Assembly: GCF_009914755.1 (NCBI RefSeq) | Contig: NC_060933.1 | Length of the DNA: 64,000 nt | Direction: 5' to 3' (one strand) | From: the human T2T-CHM13v2.0 reference genome, Homo sapiens | Shown here: positions 28,101 to 42,745 of the stretch, piece after piece | Position numbering within the stretch: position 1 is the stretch's first letter | How the letters are laid out: each line of letters begins with the position of its first letter | Notes under the pieces: model-generated | What the model saw: the letters and a program-made list of their open reading frames with translations, nothing else | The model's database searches: none | What the model was told of the DNA's origin: nothing | Program-made: the position numbers and the translations under genes

Positions 28101-30080
28101 AATGGAATGGAATGGAATGCAATGGAATGGATTCAACTTGAATGGAATGGAAAGAATGGAATCAACACGAGTGGAATGGCATGGATTGGAATGGAATGGA
28201 ATGGAATCAACCCGAGTACAGGGGAATGGAATGGAATGGAATGCAATGGAATGGAATCATCCGTAATGGAATGGAAAGGAATGGAATGGAATGGAATGGA
28301 ATGGAATGGAATGGAATGGAATCAACTCGATTGCAATCGAATGGAATGGAATGGAATTAACCCGAATAGAATGGAATGGAATGGAATGGAACGGAACGGA
28401 ATGGAATGGAATGGAATGGAATGGAATGGAACGGAACGGAATGGAATGGAATGGAATGGAATGGAATGCAATGGAATGGAATCAACCTGAGTGCAATCGA
28501 ATGGAATCGAATGGAATGGAATGCAATGGAATGGATTCAACTAGAATGGAATGGAAAGAATGGAATCAACACGAGTGGAATGACATGGATTGGAATGGAA
28601 TGGAATGGAATGAACCCGAGTACAGGGGAATGGAAGGGAATGGAATGCAATGGAATGGAATCATCCGGAATGGAATGGAATGGAATGGAATGGAATGGAA
28701 TGGAATGGAATGGAATGGAATCAACTCGATTGCAATCGAATGGAATGGAATGGAATTAACCCGAATAGAATGGAATGGAATGGAATGGAACGGAACGGAA
28801 CAGAATGGAATGGAATGGAATGGAATGGAATGGAATGGAACGGAACGGAAAGGAAAGGAATGGAATGGAATGGAATGGAATGGAATGGAATGGAATGGAA
28901 TGGAATCAACGCGAGCGCAGGGGAATGGAATGGAATGGAATGCAATGGAATGGAATCTTCCGGAATGGAATGGAATGGAATGGAATGGAATGGAATGGAA
29001 TGGAATGGAATAAACCCGAGTGCAATGGAATGGAGTGGAATGGAATGGAATGGAATGGAATGGAACAGCCCGAATGGAATGGAATGTAATGGAGAGTAAG
29101 GGAGTTGAATAGAATCAATCCGAATGTAATGGAATGGAATGGAACGGAATGGAATTGAATGGAATGGAATGGAATGCAATGGAATGGAATCAACCCGAGT
29201 GCAATGGAATGGAGAGGAATGGAATGGAATGGAATGGAAACTACCCGAATGGAATGGAATGTAATGGAGTGTAAGGGAATTGAATAGAATCAATCCGAAT
29301 GGAATGGAATGGAATGGAATGGAATGGAATGCAATGGAATGGAATCAACCCGAGTGCAATCGAATGGAATCGAATGGAATGGAATGCAATGGAATGGATT
29401 CAACTTGAATGGAATGGAATGAATGGAATCAACACGAGTGGAAGGGCATGGATTAGAATGCAATGGAATGGAATCAACCCGAGTACAGGGGAATGGAATG
29501 GAATGGAATGCAATGGAATGGAATCAACACGATTGCAATCGAATGGAATGGAATGGAATTAACCCGAATAGAATGGAATGGAATGGAATGGAACGGAACG
29601 GAATGGAATGGAATGGAATCAACCCGAGTGCAGGGGAATGGAATGGAATGGAATGCAATGGAATGGAATCATCCGGAATGGAATGGAATGGAATGGAATG
29701 GAAAGCAATGGAATCAACTCGATTGCAATGGAATGGAATGGAATGGAAAGGAATACATTGGAATCAACCCGAGTGGAATGGAATGGAAAGGACTGGAACG
29801 GAGTGGAATGTAATGGAATGGAATGGAATGGAATCAACTCGATTGGAATGGAATGGAATGGAATGGAATGGAATGGAATTAACCCGAATAGAATGGAATG
29901 GAATGGAATGGAACGGAACGGAACGGAATGGAATGGAATGGAATGGAATGGAATGGAATGGAATGGAATGGAATCAACCCGACTGCAGGGGAATGGAGTG
30001 GAATGGAATGCAATGGAATGGATTCAACTTGAATGGAATGGAAAGAATGGAATCAACACGAGTGGAATGGCATGGAATGG
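13200..30080 (+). repeat. HSat3 sub-domain B, with ~0.82-0.93-kb unit in its distal half
   Basis: Characteristic motifs: TTCAACTTGAATGGAATGGAAAGAAT, CCGAGTACAGGGG, TCATCCGTAAT, GATTGCAATCG, CAACGCGAGTGCAGGGG, TCTTCCGG, GAGAGTAAGGGAGTTG. The TTCAACT(T/A)G anchor occurs at 13272, 13696, 15424, 16658, 18190, 19053, 19986, 21294, 22111, 22944, 23822, 24286, 25114, 25733, 26661, 27539, 28132, 28536, 29399 and 30023. Confidence 0.8.
14093..14107. promoter_or_regulatory. Perfect three-unit heat-shock element motif GGAATCTTCCGGAAT (representative of 18 copies)
   Basis: Matches nGAAn-nTTCn-nGAAn. Identical copies start at 17403, 22512, 23360, 24682, 27072, 28952, 46352, 55842, 60301, 61164 and 61464. 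Core-preserving variants at 7961, 18581, 26204, 37487, 44915 and 47866. The motif match is direct; binding is inferred from known HSF1-SatIII biology. Confidence 0.6.
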
Positions 30081-33000
30081 CATGGAATAGAATGGAATCA
30101 ACCCGATTGCAATGGAATGGAGTGGAATGGAATGGAATGGAATGGAAACAACCCGAATGGAATGGAATGTAATGGAGAGTAAGGGAATTGAATAGAATCA
30201 ATACGAATGTAATGGAATGGAATGGAACGGAATGGAATGCAATGGAATGGAATGGAATGCAATGGAATGGGATCAACCCGAGTGAAATGGAATGGAATCG
30301 AAAGGAATGGAATGGAATGGAATGGTTTCAACCCGAATGAAATGGAAAGGAATGGAATCAACCCGAGTGGAATGGAATGGAATGGAATGGAATGGAATGG
30401 AATGGAATGGGTTCAACTCGAATGGAATGGAAAGGAATGGAATCAACCCGAGTGGAATGGCATGGAATGGAATGGAATGGAATGGAATGGAAGGGAATGG
30501 AATGGAATGGAATTAACCTGAACAGAATGGAAGGGAATGGAATGGAACGGAACGGAATGGAATGGAATGGAATGGAATTGAATGGAATGCAATGGAATGG
30601 GATCAACCCGAGTACAGGGGAATGGAATGCAATGGAATGCAATGAAATGGAATCATCCGGAATGGAATGGAATGGAATGGAATGCAATCAATCAACCCGA
30701 GTGCAATAGAATGCAGTGGAATGGAATGGAATGGTATGGAAACTACCCGAATGGAATAGAATGTAATGGAGTGTAAGGGAATTAAAAAGAATCAATCCGA
30801 ATGTAATGGAATTGAATGGAACGGAATGGAATGGAATGGAATGGAATGGAATGGAATTAACCCGAATAGAATGAAAAGGAATGGAATGGAATGGAATGGA
30901 ATGGAATGGAATGGAATGGAATGGAACGGAATAGAATGGAATGGAACGAAATGGAATGGAATGAAATGGAATGGAATGGAATGGAATGGAATGGAATCAA
31001 CCCGAGTGCAGGGGAATGGAATGGAATTGAAGGCAATGGAATGGAATCATATGGAATTGAATGGAATGGAATGGAATCAACTCGATTGCAATGGAATGGA
31101 ATGGAATGGAATGGAATGGAATGGAATGGAATGGAATGGAATGGAATTAACCCGAATAGAATGGAATTGAATGGAATGGAATGGATTGGAAGTAAATGGA
31201 ATGGAATGTAATGAACCCGAGGGCAGGGGAATGGAATGGAATGGAATGCAATGGAATTGAGTCATCCGGAATGGAACAGAAAGGAATGGAATGGAATCAA
31301 CCCGTGTGCAATGGAATGGAAAGGAATGGAATGGAATGGAATGGAATGGAAAGGATTCAACCCGAATGGAATGGAAAGGAAGGGAATCAACCCAAGTGGA
31401 ATGGCATGGAATGGAATGGAATGGAATGGAATGGAATGGTACCGAATAGAATGGAATGGAACGAAATGGAATAGAATGGAATGGAATGGTATGGAAACAA
31501 CCCGAATGGAATGGAATGAAATGGACTGTAAGGGAATTGAATACAATCAATCCGAATGTAATGGAATGGAATGGAATGGAATGGAATGGAATGGAATGGA
31601 ATGCAGTGGAATGGAATCAAACCTAGTGCAATGGAATGGAATGGAATGGAATGGAATGGAATGGAATGGAATGGATTCAACCCAAATGGAATGGAAAGCA
31701 ATGGAATCAACGTGAGTGGAATGGCATGGAATGGAATGGAACGGAATGGAATGGAATGGAATGGAATGGAATGGAATGGTACGGAATAGAATGGAATGGA
31801 ACGAAATGGAATGGAATGGAATGGAATGGAACGGAAAGGAATGGAATCAACTCGATTGCAATGGAATGCAATGGAATGGAATGGAATGCAATTAAAGCGA
31901 ATAGAATGGAATGGAATGGAACGGAATGGAATGGAATGGAATGGAATGGAATCGAATGGAATCAACCTGAGTGCAGGGGAATGGAATGGAATGGAATGCA
32001 ATGGAATGTAATGGAATGGAATGCAATGGAAACAACTCGATTGCAATGGAATGGAATGGAATGGAATGGAAGGGAAAGGAATGGAATGGAATTAACCTGA
32101 ACAGAATGGAATGGAATGGAATGGAACGCAATGGAATGGAATGGATTCAACCCGAATGGAATGGAAAGGAATGGAATAAACCCGAGTGGAATGGCATGGA
32201 ATGGAATGGAATGGAATGGAATGGTACGGAATAGAATGGAATGGAACGAAATGGAATGGAATGGAATGGAATGGAATGGAATGGAATGCAATCAACCTGA
32301 GTGCAATGGAATGGAATGGAATGGAATGGAACGGAATGGAAACAACCCGAATGGAATGGAATGTAATGGAGTGTAAGGAATTGAATACAATCAATCCGAA
32401 TGTAATGGAATGGAATGGAACGGAATGGAATGGAATGGAATGCAGTGGAATGGAATCAAACCTAGTGCAATGGAATGGAATGGAATGGAATGGAATGCAA
32501 TGGAATGGATTGGATTCAACCCAAATGGAATGGAAAGCAATAGAATCAACCCGAGTGGAATGGCATGGAATGGAATGGAATGGAATGGAATGGAATGGAA
32601 TGGAATGGTACGGAATAGAATGGAATGGATCGAAATGGAATGGAATGGAATGGAATGGAACGGAATGGAATGGAATCAACTCGATTGCAATGGAATGTAA
32701 TGGAATGGAATGGAATGGAATGGAATTAACGCGAATAGAATGGAATGGAATGGAATGGAAAGGAATGGGATGGAATGGAATCAATCTGAGTGCAGGGGAA
32801 TGGAATGGAATGGAATGCAATGGAATGGAATCATCCGGAATGGAATGGAATGGAATGGAATGGAATGGAATGGAATGGAAACAACCCGAATGGAATGGAA
32901 TGTGATGGAGTGTAAGGGAATTGAATACAATCAATACGAATGTAATGGAATGGAATGGAACGGAATGGAATGGAATGGAATGTAATGGAATGGAATGGAA

Positions 33001-36000
33001 TGCAATGGAATGGTATCAACCCGAGTGCAATGGAATGGAATCGAAAGGAATGGAATGGAATGGAAAGGCTTCACCCCGAATGGAATGGAAAGGAATGGAA
33101 TCAACCCGAGTGGAATGGAATGGAATGGAATGGAATGGAATGGAATGGAATGGAATGCAATGGAATGGAACGGAATGGAATCAACCCGATTGCAATGAAA
33201 TTGAATGGAATGGAATGGAATGGAATGGAATTAACCCGAATAGAATGGAATGGAATGGAATGGAATGGTATGGAATGGAATGGAACGGAATGGAATGGAA
33301 TGGAATTGAATGGAATCAACCCGGGTGCAGGGGAATGCAATTGAATGGAAGGCAATGGAATGCAATCATCCGGAATGGAATGGAATGGAATGGAATGGAA
33401 TGGAATGGTTTCAACCCGAATGGAATGGAATGGAATGGAATCAACCCGAGTGGAATGGCATGGAATGGAATGGAATGGAATGGAATGGAATGGAATGGAA
33501 TGGTATGGAATAGAATGGAATGGAACGAAATGGAATGGAAGGGAATGGAATGGAATGGAATGGAATCAACCCGACTGCAATGGAATGGAGTGGAATGGAA
33601 TGGAATGGAATGGAAACAACCCGAATGGAATGGAATGTAATGGAGTGTAAGGGAATTGAATACAATCAATACGAATGTAATGGAATGGAATGGAACGGAA
33701 TGGAATGGAATGGAATGGAATGGAATGGAATGCAGTGGAATGGAATCAATCCTAGTGCAATGGAATGGAATGCAATGGAATGGAATGGAATGGAATGGAA
33801 TGGAATGGAATGGAATGGAATGGATTCAACCCAAATGGAATGGAAAGCAATGGAATCAACCCGAGTGGAATGGCATGGAACGGAATGGAATGGAATGGTA
33901 TGGAATAGAATGGAATGGAAAGAAATGGAATGGAATGGAATGGAATGGAACGGAGTGGAATGGAAAGGAATGGAATGGAATGGAATGGAATAGAATGGAA
34001 TGGAACGAAATGGAATGGAATGGAACAGAATGGAATGGAATCAATCAGAGTGGAATAGAAGGGAATGCATTCGAGTAGAATGGAAAGGAATGGAATCAAC
34101 CAGAGTGGAATGGAAGGGAATGGAATGGAATGGAAACTAATAAAATGGAATCAACACGAGTGGAATGGAATGGAAAGGACTTGAATGGAATGGAATGGAA
34201 TCAACTCGATTGCAATGGAATGTAATGGAATGGAATTGAATGGAATTAATGCGAATAGAATGGATTGGAATGGAATGGAACGGAATGGAATGGAATGGAA
34301 TGGAATGGAATCAAACTGAGTGCAGGGGAATGGAATGGAATGGAATGGAATAGAATGCAATGGAATGGAAGGGAATGGAATGGAATGGAATTAACCTGAA
34401 CAGAATGGAATGGAATGGAATGGAACGGAATGGAATGGAATGGAATGGAATGGAATCCACCCGAGTTGAGGGGAATGGAATGGAATGGAATGCAATGGAA
34501 TGGAATCAATCAACCCGAGTGCAATAGAATGCAGTGGAATGGAATGGAATGGAATGGAAAGTACCCGAATGGAATGGAATGTAATGGAGTGTAAGGGAAT
34601 TAAAAAGAATCAATACGAATGTAATTGAATGGAATGGAACGGAATAGAATGGAATGGAATGGAATGGAATGGAATGAAATGGAATGGCATGGAATGGAAT
34701 GGAATCAACCCGAGTGCAATGGAATGGAATCGAATGGAATGGAAGGGAATGGAATGGATTGAACCCGAATGGAATGGAAAGGAATGGAATAAACCCGAGT
34801 GGAATGGCATGGAATGGAATGGAATGGAATGGAATGGTACGGAATAGAATGGAAAAAAACGAAATGGAATGGAATGGAATGGAATGGAATGAACCCGTGT
34901 GCAATGGAATGGAATGGAATGGAATGGAATGGAATGGGTTCAACTCGAAAGGAATGGAAAGGAATGGAATCAACCCGAGTGGAATGGCATGGAATGGAAT
35001 GGAATGGAATGGTATGGAATGGAATGGAATGGAATGGAATGGAATGGAATGAAATGGAATGGAATGGAATGGAATGGAATGAACCCAAGTGTAATGTAAT
35101 GGAATCGAATGGAATGGAATGGAATGGAATGGATTCAACCCAAATGGAATGGAAAGGAATGGAATCAACCCGAGTGGAATGGCATGGAATGGACTGGAAT
35201 GGAATGGAATGGAATGGAATGGTACGGAATAGAATGGAATGGAACGAAATGGAATGGAATGGAATGGAATGGAATGGAATGGAATGGAATGAACCCGTGT
35301 TGCAATGGAATGGAATCGAATGGAATGGAATGGAATGCAAAGGATACAACTCGAATGGAATGGAAAGGAATGAAATCAACCCGAGTGGAATGGCATGGAC
35401 TGGAATGGAATGGAATGGCATGGAATGGAATGGAATTGAATGGTACGGAATAGAATCGAATGGAACGAAATGGAATGGAATGGAATGGAATGGAATGGAA
35501 TGGAAACAACCCGAGTGCATGGTAATGGAATGGAATGGAAGGCAATGGAATGGAATCATCCGGAATGGAATGGAATGGAATGGAATGGAATGGAATGGAA
35601 TGGAATGGAATGGAATCAACTCGATTGCAATGGAATGGAATGGAATGGAATGGAATGGAATGGAATTAACCCGGATAGAATCGAATGGAATGGAATGGAA
35701 TGGAATGGAATGGAATGGAAGGGAATGGAATGTAATGGAATGGAATGGAATTAACCCGAATAGAATGGAATGGAACGGAAAGGAAGGGAATGGAATGGAA
35801 TGTAATCAACTCCAGTGCAGGGGAATGCAATGGAATGGAATGAAATGGAATGGAGTCATACGGAATGGAAGGGAATGGAATGGAATCAACCAGAGTGCAA
35901 TGGAATGGAGTGGAATGGAATGGAATAGAATGGAAACAACACGAATGGAATAGAATGTAATGGAGTGTAAGGGAATTGAATATAATCAATCCGAATGTAA

Positions 36001-39000
36001 TGGAATGGAACGGAAAGGAATGGAATGGAATGGAATGGAATGGAATGAAATGGAATGGCATGGAATGGAATGGAATCAACCCGAGTTCAATGGAATTGAA
36101 TGGAATGGAATGGAATGGAATGGAATGGAATGGAATGGAATGGAATCAACTCGATTGCAATGGAATGGAATGGAATGGGATGGAATGGAATGGAATGGAA
36201 TGGAATGGAATTAACCCTATTAGAATGGAATGGAATGGAATGGAATGGAAAAGAATGGAATGGAAGGGAATGGAATGGAATGGAATGGAATGGAATTAAC
36301 CCGAGTTCAATGGAATTGAATGGAATGGAATGGAATGGAATGGAATGGAATCAACTCGATTGCAATGGAATGGAATGGAATGGGATGGAATGGAATGGAA
36401 TGGAATGGAATGGAATTAACCCTAATAGAATGGAATGGAATGGAATGGAATGGAATAGAATGGAATGGAAGGGAATGGAATGGAATGGAATGGAATTAAC
36501 CCGAATAGAATGGAATGGAATGGAATGGAATGGAATGGAATGGAATGGAATGGAATCAACTCGATTTCAATGGAATGGAATGGAATGGAATGGAATGCAA
36601 TGGAAGGGAATGGAATGGAATGGAATGAAATTAACCCGAATATAATGGAATGGAATGGAATGGAATGGAATGGAATGGAATAGAATGGAATGGAATGGAT
36701 TCAACTCGAATGGAATGGAAGGGAATGGAATCAACGCGAGTGGAATGGCATGGAATGGAATGGAATGGAATGGAATGGAAGTAAATGGAATGGAATGGAA
36801 TGAACCCGAGTGCAGGGGAATGGAATGGAAAGGAATGGAATGGAATGGAATGGAATGCAGTGGAATGGAATCAAACCTAGTGCAATTGAATGGAATGGAA
36901 TGGAATGGAATGGAATGGAATGGAATGGATTCAACCCAAATGGAATGGAAAGCAATGGAATCAACCCGAGTGGAATGGCATGGAATGGAATGGAATGGAA
37001 TGTAATGGAATGTAATGGAATGGAATGGAATGGTACGGAATAAAATGGAATGGAACGAAATGGAATGGAATGGGATGGAATGGAACGGAATGGAATGGAA
37101 TCATTCCGAGTGGAATAGAAGGGAATGAATTCGAGTGGAATGGAAAGGAATGGAATCAACCAGAGTGGAATGGAAGGGAATGGAATGGAATGGAAACTAA
37201 TAAAATGGAATCAACACGAGTGGAATGGAATGGAAAGGACTTGAATGGAATGGAATGGAATGGAATGGAATCAAGTCGATTGCAATGGAATGTAATGGAA
37301 TGGAGTGGAATGGAATTAACGCGAATAGAATGGAATGGAATGGAATGGAATGGAATGGAATGGAATGGAATCAACCTGAGTGCAGGGGAATGGAATGCAA
37401 TGGAATGCAATGGAATGCAATGGAATGGAATGGAATGGAATCAACGCGAGTGCAGGGGAATGGAATGTAATGGAATGCAATGGAATGGAATCTTCTGGAA
37501 TGGAATGGAATGGAATGGAATCAACCCGAGTGCAATGGAATGGAGTGGAATGGAATGGAATGGAAGGGAATGGAACAACCCGAATAGAATCGAATGTAAT
37601 GGAGAGTAAGGGAGTTGAAAAGAATCAATCCGAATGTAATGGAATGGAATGGAACGGAATGGAATTGAATGGTATGGAATGGAATGCAATGGAATGGAAT
37701 CAACCCGAGTGCATTGGAATGGAGAGGAATGGAATGGAAACTACCCGAATGGAATGTAATGTAATGGAGTGTAAGGGAATTGAATAGAATCAATCCGAAT
37801 GTAATGTAATGGAATGGAATGGAATGGAATGGAATGGAATGGAATGGAATACAATGGAATGGAATCAACCCGAGTGCAATGGAATGGAGAGGAATGGAAT
37901 GGAAACTACCCGAATGGAATGTAATGTAATGGAGTGTAAGGGAATTGAATAGAATCAATCCGAATGTAATGTAATGGAATGGAATGGAATGGAATGGAAT
38001 GGAATGCAATGGAATGTAATGGAATGGAATGCAATGGAATCAACTCGACTGCAATGGGATGGAATGGAATGGAATGGAAGGGAAAGGAATAGAATGGAAT
38101 TAACCTGAACAGAATGGAATGGAATGGAATGGAACGGAATGGAATGGAACGGAATGGAATGGAATGGAATGGAATGAACCCGTGTGCAATGGAATGGAAT
38201 GGAATGGAATGGAATGGAATGGGTTCAACTCGAATGGAATGGAAAGGAATGGAATCAACACGAGTGGAATGGCATGGAATGGAATGGAATGGAATGGAAT
38301 GGAATGGAATGGAATGGAATGAAATGTAATGTAATGGAATGGAATGGAATCAACCCGAGTGCAGTGTAATGGAATCGAATGGAATGGAATGGAATGGAAT
38401 GGATTCAACACGAATGTAATGGAAAGGAATGGAATAAACCCGCGTGCAATGGCATGGAATGGAGTGGAATGGAATGAAATGTAAAGGAATGGAATGGAAT
38501 GGAATCAACCCGAGTGCAATGTAATGGAATCGAATGGAATGGAATGGAATGCAATGGATTCAACCAGAATGGAATGGAAAGGAATGGAATAAACCCGAGT
38601 GGAATGGCATGGAATGGAGTGGAATGGAATGGAATGGAATGGTACGGAATAGAATGGAATGGAAGGAAATGGAATGGAATGGAATGGAATGGAATGGAAT
38701 GGAATGGAATGGAATGAACCCGTGTGCAATAGAATGGAATCGAATGGAATGGAATGGATTGGAATGGATTGAACTCGAATGGAATGGAAAGGAATGGAAT
38801 CAACCCGAGTGGAATGGCATGGAATGGAATGGAATGGAATGGAATGGAATGGAATGGAATGGTACGGAATAGAATGGAAAGGAACGAAATGGAATGGAAT
38901 GAAATGGAACGGAATGGAATGGAATGGAATGGAATCAACCCGAGTGCAGGGGAATGGAATGGAATTGAAGGCAATGGAATGGAATCATCCGGAATTGAAT

Positions 39001-42000
39001 GGAATGGAATGGAATCAACTCGATTGCAATGGAATGGAATGGAATGGAATGGAATGGAATGGAATGGAATGGAATTAACCCGAATAGAATGGAATGGAAT
39101 GGAATGGAAGTAAATGGAATGGAAGGTAATGAACCCGAGTGCAGGGCAATGGAATGGAATGGAATGGAATGCAATGGAATGGAGTCATCTGGAATGGAAA
39201 GGAGAGGAACGGAATGGAACCAACCCGTGTGCAATGGAATGGAAAGGAATGGAATGGAATGGAATGGAATGGAATGGATTCAACCCGAATGGAATGGAAA
39301 GGAAGGGAATCAACCCAAGTGGAATGGCATGGAATGGAATGGATTCGAATGGAATGGAATGGAATGGTACTGAATAGAATGGAATGGAAGGAAATGGAAT
39401 AGAATGGAATGGAATGGAATGCAATCAACCCGAGTGCAATGGAATGGAGTGGAATGGATTGGAATGGAATGGAAACAACCTGAATGGAATGGAATGAAAT
39501 GGAGTGTAAGGGAATTGAATACAATCAATCCGAATGTAATGGAATGGAATGGAATGGAACGGAATGGAATGGAATGGAATGGAATGCAGTGGAATGGAAT
39601 CAAACCTAGTGCAATGGAATAGAATGGAATGGAATGGAATGGAATGGAATGGAATGGAATGGAATGGAATGGATTCAACCCAAATGGAATGGAAAGCCAT
39701 GGAATCAACCCGAGTGGAATGGCATGGAATGGAATGGAATGGAATGGTACGGAATAGAATGCAATGGAACGAAATGGAATGGAATGGAATGGAATGGAAT
39801 GGAATGGAATGGAATGCAATCATTCCGAGTGGAATAGAAGGGAATGAATTCGAGTGGAATGGAAAGGAATGGAATCAACCAGAGTGGAATGGAAGGGAAT
39901 GGAATGGAATGGAAACTAATAAAATGGAATGAAAACGAGTGGAATGGAATGGAAAGGACTGGAATGGAATGGAATGGAATGGAATGGAATGGAATGGAAT
40001 GGAATGGAATCAACTCGATTGCTATGGAATGTAAGGGAATGGAATGGAATGGAATTAACCCGAATAGAATGGAATGGAATGGAATGGAATGGAATGGAAT
40101 CAACCTGAGTGCAGGGGAATGGAATGCAATGGAATGCAATGCAATGGAATGGAATGCAATGGAATCAACTAGATTGCAATGGAATGGAATGGAATGGAAT
40201 GGAATGGAATGGAATGGAATGAACCCGTGTGCAATAGAATGGAATCGAATGGAATGGAATGGATTGGAATGGATTGAAGTCGAATGGAATGGAAAGGAAT
40301 GGAATCAACCCGAGTGGAATGGCATGGAATGGAATGGAATGGAATGGAATGGAATGGAATGGAATGGAATGGTACGGAATAGAATGGAAAGGAACGAAAT
40401 GGAATGGAATGAAATGGAACGGAATGGAATGGAATGGAATGGAATCAACCCGAGTGCAGGGGAATGGAATGGAATTGAAGGCAATGGAATGGAATCATCC
40501 GGAATTGAATGGAATGGAATGGAATCAACTCGATTGCAATGGAATGGAATGGAATGGAATGGAATGGAATGGAATGGAATGGAATTAACCCGAATAGAAT
40601 GGAATGGAATGGAATGGCAGTAAATGGAATGGAAGGTAATGAACCCGAGTGCAGGGCAATGGAATGGAATGGAATGGAATGCAATGGAATGGAGTCATCT
40701 GGAATGGAACGGAGAGGAACGGAATGGAACCAACCCGTGTGCAATGGAATGGAAAGGAATGGAATGGAATGGAATGGAATGGAATGGAATGGATTCAACC
40801 CGAATGGAATGGAAAGGAAGGGAATCAACCCAAGTGGAATGGCATGGAATGGAATGGATTGGAATGGAATGGAATGGAATGGTACCGAATAGAATGGAAT
40901 GGAAGGAAATGGAATAGAATGGAATGGAATGGAATGCAATCAACCCGAGTGCAATGGAATGGAGTGGAATGGATTGGAATGGAATGGAAACAACCTGAAT
41001 GGAATGGAATGAAATGGAGTGTAAGGGAATTGAATACAATCAATCCGAATGTAATGGAATGGAATGGAATGGAACGGAATGGAATGGAATGGAATGGAAT
41101 GCAGTGGAATGGAATCAAACCTAGTGCAATGGAATAGAATGGAATGGAATGGAATGGAATGGAATGGAATGGAATGGAATGGAATGGATTCAACCCAAAT
41201 GGAATGGAAAGCCATGGAATCAACCCGAGTGGAATGGCATGGAATGGAATGGAATGGAATGGTACGGAATAGAATGCAATGGAACGAAATGGAATGGAAT
41301 GGAATGGAATGGAATGGAATGGAATGGAATGCAATCATTCCGAGTGGAATAGAAGGGAATGAATTCGAGTGGAATGGAAAGGAATGGAATCAACCAGAGT
41401 GGAATGGAAGGGAATGGAATGCAATGGAAACTAATAAAATGGAATGAAAACGAGTGGAATGGAATGGAAAGGACTTGAATGGAATGGAATGGAATGGAAT
41501 GGAATGGAATGGAATGGAATGGAATCAACTCGATTGCTATGGAATGTAAGGGAATGGAATGGAATGGAATTAACCCGAATAGAATGGAATGGAATGGAAT
41601 GGAATGGAATGGAATTGAATCAACCTGAGTGCAGGGGAATGGAATGCAATGGAATGCAATGGAATGGAATGGAATGCAATGGAATCAACTAGATTGCAAT
41701 GGAATGGAATGGAATGGAATGGAATGGAATGGAATGGAAGGGAATGGAATGGATTGGAATTAACCTGAACAGAATGGAATGGAATGGAATGGAATGGAAT
41801 GCAATGGAATGGAACGGAATGGAATGGAATGGAATGGAATGGAATCAACCAGAGTGCAGGGGAATGCAATGGAATGGAATGCAATGGAATGGAATCATCC
41901 GGAATGGAATTGAATGGAATGGAATGCAATGGAATGGAATCAATCAACCCGAGTGCAATGCAATGGAGTGTAATGGAATCGAATGGAATGGAAACTACCC

Positions 42001-42745
42001 GAATGGAATGGAATGTAATGGAGTGTAAGGGAATTAAAAAGAATCAATCCGAATGTAATGGAATGGAATGGAACGGAATGAAATGGAATGGCATGGAATG
42101 GAATGGAATCAACCCGAGTGCAATGGAATGGAATTGAACTGAATGGAATGGAAAGGAATGGATTCAACCCGAATGGAATGGAAAGGAATGTAATAAACCC
42201 CAGTGGAATGGCATGGAATGGAATGAAATGGAGTGGAATGGAATGGAATGGAATGGAATGGTACGGAATAGAATGGAATGGAACGAAATGGAATAGAATG
42301 GAATGGAATGGAATGGAATGAAACCGTGTGCAATGGAATGGAATGGAATGGAATGGAATGGAATGGAATGGAATGGGTTCGACTCGAATGGAATGGAATG
42401 GAATGGAATCAACCCGAGTGGAATGGCATGGAATGGAATGGAATGGAATGGAATGGAATGGAATGGAATGGAAACAACACGAGTGCAATGTAATGGAATC
42501 GAATGGAATGGAATGGAATGGAATGGAATGGATTCAACCCGAATGGAATGGAAAGGAATGGAATAAACCCGAGTGGAATGGCATGGAATGGAGTCTAATG
42601 GAATGGAATGGAATGGAATGGTATGGAATAGAATGGAATGGAACGAAATGGAATGGAATGGAATGGAATGGAATGGAATGGAATGAAATGAACCCGTGTG
42701 CAATGGAATGGAATGGAATGGAATGGAATGGAATGGAATGGAATG
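29826..42745 (+). repeat. Large direct duplication, copy 2
   Basis: The offset to copy 1 drifts from 29825 to 29551 through pentamer copy-number changes and one 215-bp indel. The last shared marker is GAAATGAACCCGTGTGC (13134/42685). Confidence 0.95.
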
